Shown: piece by piece, positions 9,924 to 20,105 of the stretch
How positions within the stretch are numbered: the stretch's first letter is position 1
Layout of the letters: every line of letters starts with the position of its first letter
IMG/VR virus record: IMGVR_UViG_3300019872_000002
Span: 1-64,000 of that record
Origin: a virus
Taxonomy: Duplodnaviria > Caudoviricetes
Length of the DNA: 64,000 bases
Direction: 5' to 3' (one strand)
Notes under the pieces: model-generated
The model's database searches: none
What the model saw: only the letters and a program-made list of their open reading frames with translations
What the model was told of the DNA's origin: nothing
Made by a program: the position numbers and the translations under genes

Positions 9924-10656
9924 AGAAGAACTTGAGTTCATTCAGCAACGCACTGATACATGGAAGAAGGAAAGGATAGGCCGTTTCACTGCTAGTGAGT
10001 TCGCTGATCTGATTGCAGACTGCAAAAGACAAATGACGACCGAAGAGTTAGCCAACAGGCCACCAAAGAGTACGGCTAAGACGATATCTGATCCGACCTT
10101 GCTATCTGAGGGAGCCTTAACTTTTGTGGAGACTGTAGCCGGGGAAATCATCACCGGAGAGTCTGCAGATGTTGACATTAGTACTAAAGAAATGGAATGG
10201 GGCATTCTACATGAGCCAATGGCCGTAAAGCTTTATGAAAAGGTAATGAACGTCAAGGTTCAAGAGGTAGGTAGCCTATCTTATGCACCGTTAAAGAAGT
10301 ACGTATCCGGTTCTCCTGATGGTCTTATTGAAACAGATGGAGGGCTAGAAGTTAAGTGTCCGTTCAAGAACCATATTCATCTAAGAAACCTTCGCATGAA
10401 AACTTGGGAGGACTTGAAGAAGATTCGACCTAAGTATTATTGGCAATGTATAGGTGGGCTACTCATAACCGGGCGTAAGTATTGGGACTTTGTTTCATTC
10501 AGTCCTAACTTCCCAGGCGCATTACAATTAGGCATTGTGAGATTGCATTACGAAGATGTGCAAGAGGATATTCGACATCTTGCGATTAAATTAAAGTATT
10601 CGGTAAAAGAACTGGAACTAATTTTAGAGGAACTAAACTACGAGGAGGCTTTATAA
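9901..10656 (+). CDS. YqaJ / lambda-exonuclease family alkaline exonuclease
   Basis: QRTDTW...RIGRFTASE, MEWGILHE, SGSPDGL, LEVKCP and YYWQC motifs. Confidence 0.92.
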   Translation: METTEINKEELEFIQQRTDTWKKERIGRFTASEFADLIADCKRQMTTEELANRPPKSTAKTISDPTLLSEGALTFVETVAGEIITGESADVDISTKEMEWGILHEPMAVKLYEKVMNVKVQEVGSLSYAPLKKYVSGSPDGLIETDGGLEVKCPFKNHIHLRNLRMKTWEDLKKIRPKYYWQCIGGLLITGRKYWDFVSFSPNFPGALQLGIVRLHYEDVQEDIRHLAIKLKYSVKELELILEELNYEEAL

Positions 10657-10973
10657 TGGTTTTAAGAATTATATGTGGCTTAGTTGGTCACAAAGAAAAG
10701 CTATATCATTTAGCTGAACGTGATTATTGCCTTTGGTGTTCAAGATGTGGTAAAGATATTAAAGCGGATGACAGCCAGATATGGAAGTTTCTTGAGGTCG
10801 GGAATATATACCAAACCAATTACAATGGATTCGCTAAGTGTATTCATGTAAACAAGGGTTTTAATAGGTTTGCAGATTTCGAAACAGTTACTCCTTTTGG
10901 AGATATCGGTAAAGGCTTAGGTAATCCTCGAACATGCAAACCGGAAGAAATAATAAGTTGGAAAAGAATATAA
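10656..10973 (+). CDS. Hypothetical protein with Cys/His motif
   Basis: ICGLVGH...WCSRCG; coupled to the upstream stop. Confidence 0.6.
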   Translation: MVLRIICGLVGHKEKLYHLAERDYCLWCSRCGKDIKADDSQIWKFLEVGNIYQTNYNGFAKCIHVNKGFNRFADFETVTPFGDIGKGLGNPRTCKPEEIISWKRI

Positions 10974-10985
10974 TTTAACCATAAA

Positions 10986-12266
10986 ATGGCAAAGCAAAAA
11001 CAAGAAATAGAAGAAGCGGTAATCGTTACCGAACCTACCGCAATATTAGTAACTGATTTTAAGGCTCCTGTACTACCTAAATTGATTAACAAGGAACAAA
11101 GCATAGCGACAATAAAAGAGTCGCTTAAAACGTACGAAGATGTGGTTATTGACGGAACAAAGGACAAGGTTAACTATGCTTTGGTCGCAAAGGGCATGAA
11201 GGAGATGAAAGACTCTCGTTTAGCTTGGAAAAAAGCAGTGACTGAGAACCTTTCTCAACCCGTGATAGACTGGTTAGCCGAAACAAAGCTTGATATCTCT
11301 GCAATTGAAGATACGTTTAAGGAAGGTGAATCTCTTCTTCGCACTAAAAAGGAGGCAATAGACAACCTCAAAACAAAGGAGAAAGAAGAGGCTGAGGCAG
11401 CTAAGCTTAAAGTGATGACACAGCGTATCGAAACCATTGTCAACCTTGGCGGTAAAAGTGATGGCACTCGTTACCTATTCGACTATGACATTACCCTGTT
11501 TGTTTCCTTAGCCAACATGAAAGACTTGGACGAAAAGAAATGGCTCCCTGTTTTGAAGGAAATACAGGATGCTTGGCACTATGAGCAGAAACGGTTAGCT
11601 GATCAAAAGTTAATAGAAGAGCAACTGGCAGAGGCGAACGCGACTAAGGAGAAGGAGTTGAAAGATAAGCAGACCAAGCTTCGCATTAAGGAGCTTAATT
11701 TGAATGGATTTTTAGCGACAGACAGGGATGGTAATTTTTGGGAGCACACCAATGGACATATTGTTGCTGATGTTCAGATTAACGATTACACAGATGAAGA
11801 ATGGGATCAGTTAATTGAAGGAGTGCAATTTGCAGAATCATTGGAGGATAACGAAGAAGAAGAAGAAGACCTTGACGACACCAGTTTAACATTGGCTCAA
11901 GATCAAGAGCTTAACGATGGCGTACCGCAAGGAACTTACAGTGGAGGTATAATCTTCCCAGAAGGGCACAAACACGCTACAGTAGCCGCTATCGACCACA
12001 CAGCAGACAACAATGTTGATCTTCCTTTTGCAGATGATGAACCGGAAACAGAAGTTGACCTAGAAAATGGAGACTCAGTTCAATATACACTTGACTTCAA
12101 TACAGGGTATCCATACGTTGAGTTTCCAAAAGGAAAAGGATTTATAGAACGTATATTCCTTCCACGATTTGCAGATTATGCTCATGAACTAACAGAATCT
12201 CAACAATTGGTTTTGGAAGGGGACATTGAAGGTGATCTTAAGTTTGTACTTATTAAAATAGGCTAG
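10986..12266 (+). CDS. Coiled-coil protein with acidic C-terminus
   Basis: Long ORF rich in K/E heptads, located in the recombination module. Confidence 0.7.
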   Translation: MAKQKQEIEEAVIVTEPTAILVTDFKAPVLPKLINKEQSIATIKESLKTYEDVVIDGTKDKVNYALVAKGMKEMKDSRLAWKKAVTENLSQPVIDWLAETKLDISAIEDTFKEGESLLRTKKEAIDNLKTKEKEEAEAAKLKVMTQRIETIVNLGGKSDGTRYLFDYDITLFVSLANMKDLDEKKWLPVLKEIQDAWHYEQKRLADQKLIEEQLAEANATKEKELKDKQTKLRIKELNLNGFLATDRDGNFWEHTNGHIVADVQINDYTDEEWDQLIEGVQFAESLEDNEEEEEDLDDTSLTLAQDQELNDGVPQGTYSGGIIFPEGHKHATVAAIDHTADNNVDLPFADDEPETEVDLENGDSVQYTLDFNTGYPYVEFPKGKGFIERIFLPRFADYAHELTESQQLVLEGDIEGDLKFVLIKIG

Positions 12267-12271
12267 ATAAA

Positions 12272-12436
12272 GTGATGGATGTCGGAATGGTAGACGATAA
12301 ACCGGTTGGTATAAGGGTCTATATAAGGTGACTAAGTATCGAACTATGAAAACCCCTACGGTTGATGTTGATCAGCTTATCTTTTTAAGTATCACCGAAG
12401 CATAACATCATGTGGGTTCGAGTCCCACTCCATCAC
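12272..12436 (+). ncRNA. Enlarged tRNA-like RNA (type II/Leu-like D-arm, no canonical anticodon loop)
   Basis: Acceptor pairing 12272-12279/12429-12436, D-arm TCGGAATGGTAGACGA, T-arm GTGGG-TTCGAGT-CCCAC, about 110 nt between D- and T-arms, no encoded CCA. Confidence 0.7.
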
Positions 12437-12451
12437 CTAAATTTAAACATC

Positions 12452-12685
12452 ATGACACTTGATAAAGAAAAGAAGAAAGCTCAAGAGCCTGAACGAATGC
12501 TCTTTGCTAAAAAACAGATTGAATCTTTAGGTTACCTAGTTTTCCAGTTGGATCAAAACACCTTAATTTTTCAATACAACGATCACGACATTAAGTTCTA
12601 TCCTTTTACAGGTTGGGCTACAGGCAAAACTATTAAAGATGGACGTGGACTAAATAACTTACTTAAACAAATAACCAATGAATAA
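12452..12685 (+). CDS. Hypothetical protein
   Basis: ATG at 12452 is preferred because the listed 12410 start overlaps the tRNA-like T-arm. Confidence 0.7.
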   Translation: MTLDKEKKKAQEPERMLFAKKQIESLGYLVFQLDQNTLIFQYNDHDIKFYPFTGWATGKTIKDGRGLNNLLKQITNE

Positions 12686-13277
12686 CATTCTTGTATTTGA
12701 TACTGAAACCAACGGAAAGGCCAAGAACTTCAAAGCTCCCATGACCGATTTAAACAATTGGCCTAGAATTACTCAACTTGCTTATCAGTTATATGATAGG
12801 CAAGGAGTTCTTATTAAGAGTTTCCAATCTATCATTAAACCCGATGGATGGACTGTTCCTGTCGAACCTTTCTTTATCGAAAATAACATGAGTACAGAAA
12901 GATGCGAGGCTGAGGGTATTCTTTTCACGGAAGTATGTGATACTTTTTTGGAGGACTTTAGCTCCGCTTCTATTCTTGTCGCTCATAATGTACCTTTCGA
13001 TAAAAATGTACTAGGTGCTGAGTTAATGAGGTACCAGCTAAAGCCAGTGCAAAAGAAATACGCGTGGATTTGCACTATGAGCGAATCTACTCAGTATTGT
13101 CAATTGCCTGGGCGTTATGGAGATTTCAAATGGCCTTCCCTTATTGAATTGTATACCATATTGTTTGAAAAGGATTTCTCCGGAGCGCATGATGCAATGG
13201 TCGATGTTAGTGCATGTGCTGAATCATTTTTTGAATTAGTAAAGAGAGGTGTTATTGTTTTACCGCAAGAAATATAA
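12678..13277 (+). CDS. DEDDh 3'-5' exonuclease (DnaQ-like)
   Basis: ExoI VFDTETNG, ExoII VAHNVPFD, ExoIII AHDAMVDV. Confidence 0.92.
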   Translation: MNNILVFDTETNGKAKNFKAPMTDLNNWPRITQLAYQLYDRQGVLIKSFQSIIKPDGWTVPVEPFFIENNMSTERCEAEGILFTEVCDTFLEDFSSASILVAHNVPFDKNVLGAELMRYQLKPVQKKYAWICTMSESTQYCQLPGRYGDFKWPSLIELYTILFEKDFSGAHDAMVDVSACAESFFELVKRGVIVLPQEI

Positions 13278-13279
13278 TC

Positions 13280-13693
13280 ATGAGTAAATTAGAGATAACA
13301 GAAGACTACTGGAAAGAACTTGACCCTTCATTATTCAATGATAATGTAAAACAGACACATTGTGACACAAGAGATTTTTATTGCACTTTTAATACTACAG
13401 ACCTTTTTATTGTAAAAGACTTGTCTGTACTTTTAAAGTATAAAAATCAATTCTTCTTTACTATAGAAGAGGTATATGAACTTTTAAAAAGATTGTACAT
13501 CGAAAGTGGTGGAAAAAATAAATGGCGTATGCTTTCTTTTAAGCATGATGGTAGCTGGTTTAAATATTTCCGAATATATAGAACTGATCACGGATATGTA
13601 GTAGGTACAAGCTTTAGGGAAAATCATAAGTTTTATAGAAAACCTTTCTTTGAAGGTGCCATTGTAGAACAAGAATATTTATCAGCACATTAA
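13280..13693 (+). CDS. Hypothetical protein
   Basis: ORF in operon; no motif recognised. Confidence 0.65.
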   Translation: MSKLEITEDYWKELDPSLFNDNVKQTHCDTRDFYCTFNTTDLFIVKDLSVLLKYKNQFFFTIEEVYELLKRLYIESGGKNKWRMLSFKHDGSWFKYFRIYRTDHGYVVGTSFRENHKFYRKPFFEGAIVEQEYLSAH

Positions 13694-13695
13694 TT

Positions 13696-14817
13696 ATGGA
13701 TCTATTTAGCCAATTCGCAAGCCAGTTCAAGCCGAAGGAGGAACCCAAGGCTGAACCAAAAGAAAAGACCACGCAAGAGATACGCGACCGTAATGATCGA
13801 TATGAGGCGTATAGGAAGGCTTACAAGGAGCCAATTTCTATGAAAGCGTTCATAGCCTTAGAGGAAAGAGAAAATGCAGTAGAAGGTTTAGAATCAATGA
13901 GCCAATTTGAGAAGAAGCAACGTAGGCTTGCTGACAAACAAAGACTACCAACAGACATTGAAAAATTTGAGATAGTTATTGATTCTATTGATGAGCAAGG
14001 AAACGCCCTAACAGAGCGTATGGAACCAATTAAAGAACATATAGCTTTCCACCCTGCTATATCTCACGTTAATTGTTCGCCTAATATTACCCCCGAGACT
14101 GTTCAAGCCATCAATCAAATTGCAGAGAAGGTAATTGAGTATTCAAACATGCCAGAGGGCTTAAAAGACCTTCAAAAGCTAAACGGTATAAATAACCATG
14201 ATGACTTGGTTGTTGAGCCCTTGCTCGATGAACCTGTAACCTTTGAACAGTTGGACGAACCAATTGTAAAAGAGAAAAAGATAAGGGTGTTCAAGAAAGA
14301 CTTTCCTACACCTGAGCGTACACAAACGGTAAAGCAACGAGCGTATGTTGGCATTGATAACGGGGTGTCAGGATCAGTGGGAATTATCTATGAGGACGGA
14401 ACTTACGAGTTCTTTGTTACTCCAGTTAAAAAGGAACAGGACTACACCAAAGCAAAAAAGCTAATCAATCGTGTACAGCCTTTGGAACTAGCTGAGTTAT
14501 TTAAATACGTTGGTGAAGGATCAATGGTTATGATTGAACGTCCAATGATCAATTCTACAAGGTTTAATGCCTCTATGAGTGCAATACGCTGCTTTGAGGC
14601 GACTATTACCATTCTTGAAACGTTAGGACTACCCTATCAGGTAGAAGACTCTAAAGCCTGGCAAAAAGCCTTATTGCCAATAGGCATTAGCGGAGACGAC
14701 TTAAAGAAAGCCTCGAAAGATGTTGGCAATCGCTTATTCCCAAATACTAAGTTAATTCTGCATCCTGATTGTGATGGGATGTTGATAGCAAATTATTGCA
14801 AATCTAAACACAGATAA
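13696..14817 (+). CDS. RuvC-like Holliday junction resolvase domain with long N-terminal extension
   Basis: C-terminal YVGIDNGVSGSVG, VMIERP, AWQKALL and DCDGMLIA, starting near 14341. Confidence 0.75.
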   Translation: MDLFSQFASQFKPKEEPKAEPKEKTTQEIRDRNDRYEAYRKAYKEPISMKAFIALEERENAVEGLESMSQFEKKQRRLADKQRLPTDIEKFEIVIDSIDEQGNALTERMEPIKEHIAFHPAISHVNCSPNITPETVQAINQIAEKVIEYSNMPEGLKDLQKLNGINNHDDLVVEPLLDEPVTFEQLDEPIVKEKKIRVFKKDFPTPERTQTVKQRAYVGIDNGVSGSVGIIYEDGTYEFFVTPVKKEQDYTKAKKLINRVQPLELAELFKYVGEGSMVMIERPMINSTRFNASMSAIRCFEATITILETLGLPYQVEDSKAWQKALLPIGISGDDLKKASKDVGNRLFPNTKLILHPDCDGMLIANYCKSKHR

Positions 14818-14819
14818 CC

Positions 14820-17609
14820 ATGGACAGAAAAACAAAAGTTAAATTAAAATTTATCAATTGGTTCTTCAATTTATTTCCTGATAAATATTGTTGGGCTGAC
14901 TGCGTATCTTGGGCTTATTCAAATCGCATCAATCCTTTTAAAATATCCTCATCATTGCCGTGCAAAATAGAGAGTAAAGAGCATGAACACAATCTATGCT
15001 ATTGCGGTGGATGGACTAATGGCAAATGTTATCACACTTTGCCTAAAATTGAAAAAGATAGAATACAAGCTGAAATTGATGCCCAACCCGATCATCCTTT
15101 GCCTTTTTAATCATGACCGACAACAAAGAACTCCGACCAGAAGCAAAGTACAACATGGAAAGCTTCTACCAGCCTCTTTTCAATCTGATGAATGAAGAGT
15201 ATGGCCTACTACTTCTTAACGAAGAAATGCGAGAGATAATCGATGTGGTAAACAAAATGCAAGGCTATGTACCACCTCAAAACTAAACGATATGAAAGCA
15301 GTAAAAGTTAAAGTACTCGCAATAGAGACATCCAATAAGCCTGTATTGGTTGATGAAACAAAACCTGACAAACGTTATACTTTAGGCTATCGGAAAACAG
15401 GGAACAAAATAGCCAGAATAGTAGTCAATACTACACTGATCACTTCCTATAGTCCTGAGTTAAGATTAGGCGCTATAGTTCTAGTGAGTGGCTTTGGAAA
15501 AATGAGAGTTATTGATATACAAAAAGATGGGGATATCAGGCTAATCAATATTGAACGGTCTTTTGTGGAAACGTACAAAATATCACTAAAATTAGATGAA
15601 TATGTTGATGTAGCTCCGTTGGGTTTTATGTATTCGGAAGGGTCAAGCAGATGACATACAAACCCAAAAATCGGCCATATACGCCCCTTTTAGCTTTGCA
15701 AATAGCCAAGCAGGAGGAAAGAATCAAAGCGTGTACATTGAACGCGTACATAACCAGACTATGCAAGCCGGATAAAGTCGGAACCTTTTACTCTAACCAC
15801 TTCAAGAAATGAAAACAGCTATTATAATAATGACGATTAACGTATTTGTATTAGGCTTTGCTTGTGGTGTATTCTTAGAAAGACGAAGTACTAATCATAA
15901 TCCCATCAAGCTTAATTTAAGACTCAACCGGGGAGTTTTATATCTGAACGGTAAACTTATACTCCCGGATAGTATCGACACGCTACAGCCCATCAAAAAC
16001 CAGCCTACCAAGAGAGAAATAACTTATTATTCAACCTTAATTTATAGATAACATGGGACTACAAAGAGAGAAGAAATACATCATCGAAAGAAGTATTGAT
16101 CAGATACATTGGAAACACATTGCTTCGTTTGAGGAAGGTCAGCCGTCTAGGTGGGGTAATCCTTTTGATCAAGATACGGCCTTAGCTGAGGCTATTGGTT
16201 ACAGAGATAGAAAAAGAGAATCCCAACAAAAAGAATTTGTAAGAGTAATTATAGAACTATAAGGCTATGACAGAAGAAGATTTAAAAAAGCTACATCAAG
16301 CTACGAAAATAAAAGGCTCTCAATCTAAAATTAAAGCCCAAATAGAAGGCATCAAAAAATGTTATCTTCTGCAGCTAGTCGGTCGAGATGAAGATAATAG
16401 CCGTTTCCAATTCGATATCCAGGCAAAGGAGTTCAATGGTTCAAATATCATGGAATGGGAAGCTAAACAGTTTATCGACAAATACATCAACCATTTGGAG
16501 TGCAGGTTAATTGAATTACAATCACAATTTGACAACTTATGAAAACATTTGAAGTAGCCTACGTAGGCATTAAAACAGTACTGTCGCAGGATTTGCAGAC
16601 GCTCAAAGAGAGTTATTCTTACGAGAACTATCCTAACAGGGATGAACTACCGGAAGCCTTTATAGACGAGGAAACCGATGAAGAATTTGAGGTCATTGGT
16701 TTTGACGAAGGAACAGGTATCCCTATCGTTGAAGGTGATGCCTACTCTGTTGACGAAGAAGGTTGTTATTCACTTAAAACAGATGAAGATGCCTAAATGT
16801 AGAAAATGTAGTTCAGTACGCTGGACTGTAATAAGCAAAACAAAATTCGGTCAAGGAGATAGCTCTACCGACACTTATGTTCAATGTGACGACTGTGACA
16901 ATACTTCGGTACATGTCACTATTCACGGTTTCCCAACGACTTATGATATCGTGAGAGAGGTTCAAGATGATTATACTAAAGATAATAGTTATGATATGTA
17001 AATATTACGACTCTAAAACCAATACTTACAATCTGATGCAGCAGTTGCAGGATATGGCTGATGCAAGAGACAGGAATCCTGACCGTAAGCCTCCTAAAAT
17101 GTATTATAACTATGCTCAACAAAAATGTTATGAGGAAGCATCGGTTATCCCTCCTCTTAAAGTATTTCTTGGCTGGACTCCAATGAAGGAGTGGATAGGT
17201 AAGTGTGAGCCATTCATACCTTCTCCAAAAATAAGATGGATATATCCAGTATCATACATTACATCAGAGGTAGATAGGTATCTAAGCGAAATGAATTTAT
17301 CTTATGTTGAATTTAGAAAAAGATGTCATGAAATTTTAGGAATACCAAAAGGAAAGGAAGGCGATGAAATTTAATACTATCCCTATAACTCATACTCAAA
17401 TATTATTTTTCTCAGAGTATATAACGGAACTTAAAAAGCTTGGGAATAAAAAAGAATTCGCCTCTGTAATAGTTCCTCATCCTATGAAACAACGAGCTTA
17501 TATTATGGAGACACCCAGTGAATCTTCTATGTTTTTTGGCATTAAGATAACGTTCAGATACGATATGCATTTACAAGACTATGTACTTTATAAAATGGAG
17601 GAAATGTAG
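14820..17609 (+). CDS. Cluster of small hypothetical ORFs (14820..15110, 15113..15286, 15292..15654, 15809..16051, 16053..16262, 16267..16542, 16539..16796, 16789..17001 zinc ribbon, 16991..17374, 17364..17609)
   Basis: Contiguous co-oriented ORFs. 16789..17001 has CRKC...CDDC. 15113..15286 was read manually. Confidence 0.6.
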
Positions 17610-17610
17610 T

Positions 17611-18099
17611 ATGGAACGTAAATTAAAGATATGTGGCCTGTGTGGCCTTGAAAAATTAATCTGGAAAGCCAAGACAAGAGACTCGCCGATGATGTGCAAG
17701 GAATGCTACCAGAACCAGCCTAAATCAAACAACGCTGTTCTTGCCGGTTTGGAATCTCTGCGTGAAGCACAACGATTAAAAGATTCTAATCCACGTCCTA
17801 CGTTCGATTTAAAGCAGTCAAAACAAAAACCTATAGCAAAGGTCAGCTCCAAACAGTTAGAACGTTTAAAGGTGTATAGTACGGCTAAAAAGGAATACTT
17901 CGCTGATCACCCACGTTGCGAGTTCCCAGGATGTTCATCATTAGAAAAAACACTACACCATATGTGCGGGCGTAACGGAGATTTACTATTCAACAAAACA
18001 TTCTTTAAAACACTATGTCCACGACATCATGAATGGGTTGAGCAACATCCCACATCCGCGAAAGAAATAGGTCTATCAGGCGACAGGTTGGATAAATAA
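17611..18099 (+). CDS. Zn-finger plus HNH-like nuclease (NinG-like)
   Basis: CGLCG...CKEC N-terminal finger and CEFPGC...LHHMCGR...LCPRHHEWVEQH C-terminal domain. Confidence 0.7.
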   Translation: MERKLKICGLCGLEKLIWKAKTRDSPMMCKECYQNQPKSNNAVLAGLESLREAQRLKDSNPRPTFDLKQSKQKPIAKVSSKQLERLKVYSTAKKEYFADHPRCEFPGCSSLEKTLHHMCGRNGDLLFNKTFFKTLCPRHHEWVEQHPTSAKEIGLSGDRLDK

Positions 18100-18108
18100 T
18101 ATAACACC

Positions 18109-18946
18109 ATGAAAAATAAAAACGATAAAGGAATTGGCGTTTCTCAAAAAAATGCAGAAATACCCACTATAGTTGTCTTCGTAAAGATGATGGCGGTGAT
18201 GGATCAGCCGATAGGATATGAAATGTACAGAAAAGCTTTGGATGAACATCCTGAGTATTTTCCAGAGGAAGTAGAGGAAGAGCGAAAATGGGCGGCTATC
18301 CCTCAAGATGTCAAAGATGCTTATTACGCAGAGAGTGATATTTGGGGATTATTCATGAAAGACCAGGAAATATTAGCCATAGTAGGTGAAGACCCGTATC
18401 CCAATCGCGGAGGCATCATAGACCGAGTAACCCATCAAGACGAAGAAAAAGGACGTTTGTATGCTTTACATGATGAATGGTCTAAAAAGTACTTTAAGCT
18501 TCAAGGAGAAAAACAAGACAAGCTTTACAACAAATATTTCAGTCAATACGGATTAACCAAATGATAAGATGACCCCACGAGAAGAAAAAATAGACCGCAT
18601 CATCAGGCATTGCCAGAACATAGCTGTCTTATGCGATGTGATGGACATAGAGCTTAGCCACGACTTAAGTGACTACCAATTCAATGACCCTCGCTTAGGC
18701 AACCACAATCGCAGGATAAAGGAGAGCATAAACCAAATCAAGCTATCTTTGGCATCAAAGGTCAAGTCGCTTTCGTACGAGGACACGAAATACAATCACG
18801 GAACCCAATTATGGCGTGTGTTCCGGTTCTTTAGTACGATGGAAACGAGTCAAGTGTCGCTTGTGATGGATGGCTACGAAGAGATTGAAAGAAAAGCCAG
18901 GGAAGAAGCTAAACTTAATCAACATGCAGATAACATTCGGATATAA
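18109..18946 (+). CDS. Two hypothetical ORFs (18109..18564, 18569..18946)
   Basis: Full-length ORFs in operon; no motif recognised. Confidence 0.65.
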
Positions 18947-19466
18947 ATTCACGCATAAAGACCTTATCCCTATTGCTTATCGTTGGGTACTTAAAAATGG
19001 TTCATGCGGTGTGGCTTTTAAAGAGCTTAATACGAACTGCATCAATGGGGAGTATCCTGATGTAATAGGCTTTGGTGCATGGGGTCACAGCGTCCTTATA
19101 GAGGTTAAAGTTAGTCGGTCTGACTTCTTATGTGACAAAAAGAAAACGTTCCGTAAACATCCTGAAAAAGGCATGGGTAGTGAAAGATTCTACATGTGTC
19201 CCTCTGGCCTCATAAAAAAAGAAGAACTACCTCTAGGATGGGGATTGATCTATGTTAATCCTGATGGGAAAGCCAAAGTTGTTGTCAAAAATGGAATTAT
19301 GGTGCCTTACGGAATTAAAGCTGAACGTTTTATTGTTCACATACACGAGAAGAATATAAAGGCTGAACACGGGCTAATGTACTCAGCTCTTCGTAGACTC
19401 CATATTAAAGGCCATATCGACTCCATTTACGACAAGCAGTATAATTATAATCATAAGGAGGAATAA
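18924..19466 (+). CDS. PD-(D/E)xK nuclease-fold protein (MmcB-like)
   Basis: EYPDVIGF...LIEVKVSRSDFLCD...FYMCP...LPLGWGLI. Confidence 0.7.
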   Translation: MQITFGYKFTHKDLIPIAYRWVLKNGSCGVAFKELNTNCINGEYPDVIGFGAWGHSVLIEVKVSRSDFLCDKKKTFRKHPEKGMGSERFYMCPSGLIKKEELPLGWGLIYVNPDGKAKVVVKNGIMVPYGIKAERFIVHIHEKNIKAEHGLMYSALRRLHIKGHIDSIYDKQYNYNHKEE

Positions 19467-19467
19467 C

Positions 19468-19660
19468 ATGCAACCAATTAAAAAAAAAACTCACAGACGA
19501 ATCCTTAATGCCTTACGGAGTGCATAAAGGAATCAAGATGGCTAATGTGCCTGCAAGCTATTTACTTTGGCTCTTCGACAACAACAAGTCGTCCGGCCAA
19601 GTAACGGTCTACATTCATGAGAACATGGATGCTTTAAGAAAAGAAGCGAGACAGAAATAA
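19468..19660 (+). pseudogene. DUF3820-like small protein (MP[F/Y]GxHKG type), frameshifted at an A10 tract
   Basis: With A9 it reads MQPIKKKLTDESLMPYGVHKGIKMANVPASYLLWL...ARQK. The A10 at 19480-19489 shifts the frame. Confidence 0.7.
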
Positions 19661-19687
19661 ATTCACAAACAACATAATCAAAATACA

Positions 19688-20059
19688 ATGAGCAACTCAA
19701 GACTTTCAGTGAAACTGAACCTTGCTACACTAAAGTGCGTAGTCAAGCCACAAACAAATAAAGCAGGACAACAGGTAGACTGCCTTATCATTCCTATCGA
19801 TGTGAATAACATATTCAGAGGTGAGAAAGGAGGAATGTACCTAGACCTAACAGCCTTTCCTATTGACCCTACTAAACGTCATGCAGATAGCAAAGATAGT
19901 CACTTGGTAAAACAGATCTTTCCCAAGGAGGTTTACGAAAAATGGACTGAGGAAGAGAAAAAAGCACAGCCTATAGTAGGTAATGTAATCACTTGGGATG
20001 GCGCACCTGCAGAAGTTGCGGCAACAGTTCTTAAAGAAGAGGACGATCTTCCTTGGTAA
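19688..20059 (+). CDS. Phage single-stranded DNA-binding protein (Bacteroidota-phage type)
   Basis: OB-fold-like core (CLIIPID...GMYLDL...SHLVKQ) and acidic aromatic tail EEDDLPW. Confidence 0.75.
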   Translation: MSNSRLSVKLNLATLKCVVKPQTNKAGQQVDCLIIPIDVNNIFRGEKGGMYLDLTAFPIDPTKRHADSKDSHLVKQIFPKEVYEKWTEEEKKAQPIVGNVITWDGAPAEVAATVLKEEDDLPW

Positions 20060-20067
20060 ATTCACCC

Positions 20068-20100
20068 GCACTCTATCAATCGGTAGGGTGCTTAACTTTT
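20068..20100 (+). terminator. Putative intrinsic terminator after SSB
   Basis: GCACTCTATC/GGTAGGGTGC stem (with G-U pairs) followed by TTAACTTTT. Confidence 0.5.
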
Positions 20101-20105
20101 AAATT

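Noticed and set aside
12272-12436. Calling this a canonical tRNA-Leu or a tmRNA
   Set aside because: It has no 7-nt anticodon loop and no CCA, is too short for a typical tmRNA, has a D-stem, and shows no evident tag ORF.
14983-15195. Listed 70-aa ORF
   Set aside because: It overlaps two better ORFs (14820..15110 and 15113..15286) that tile the region in operon fashion.
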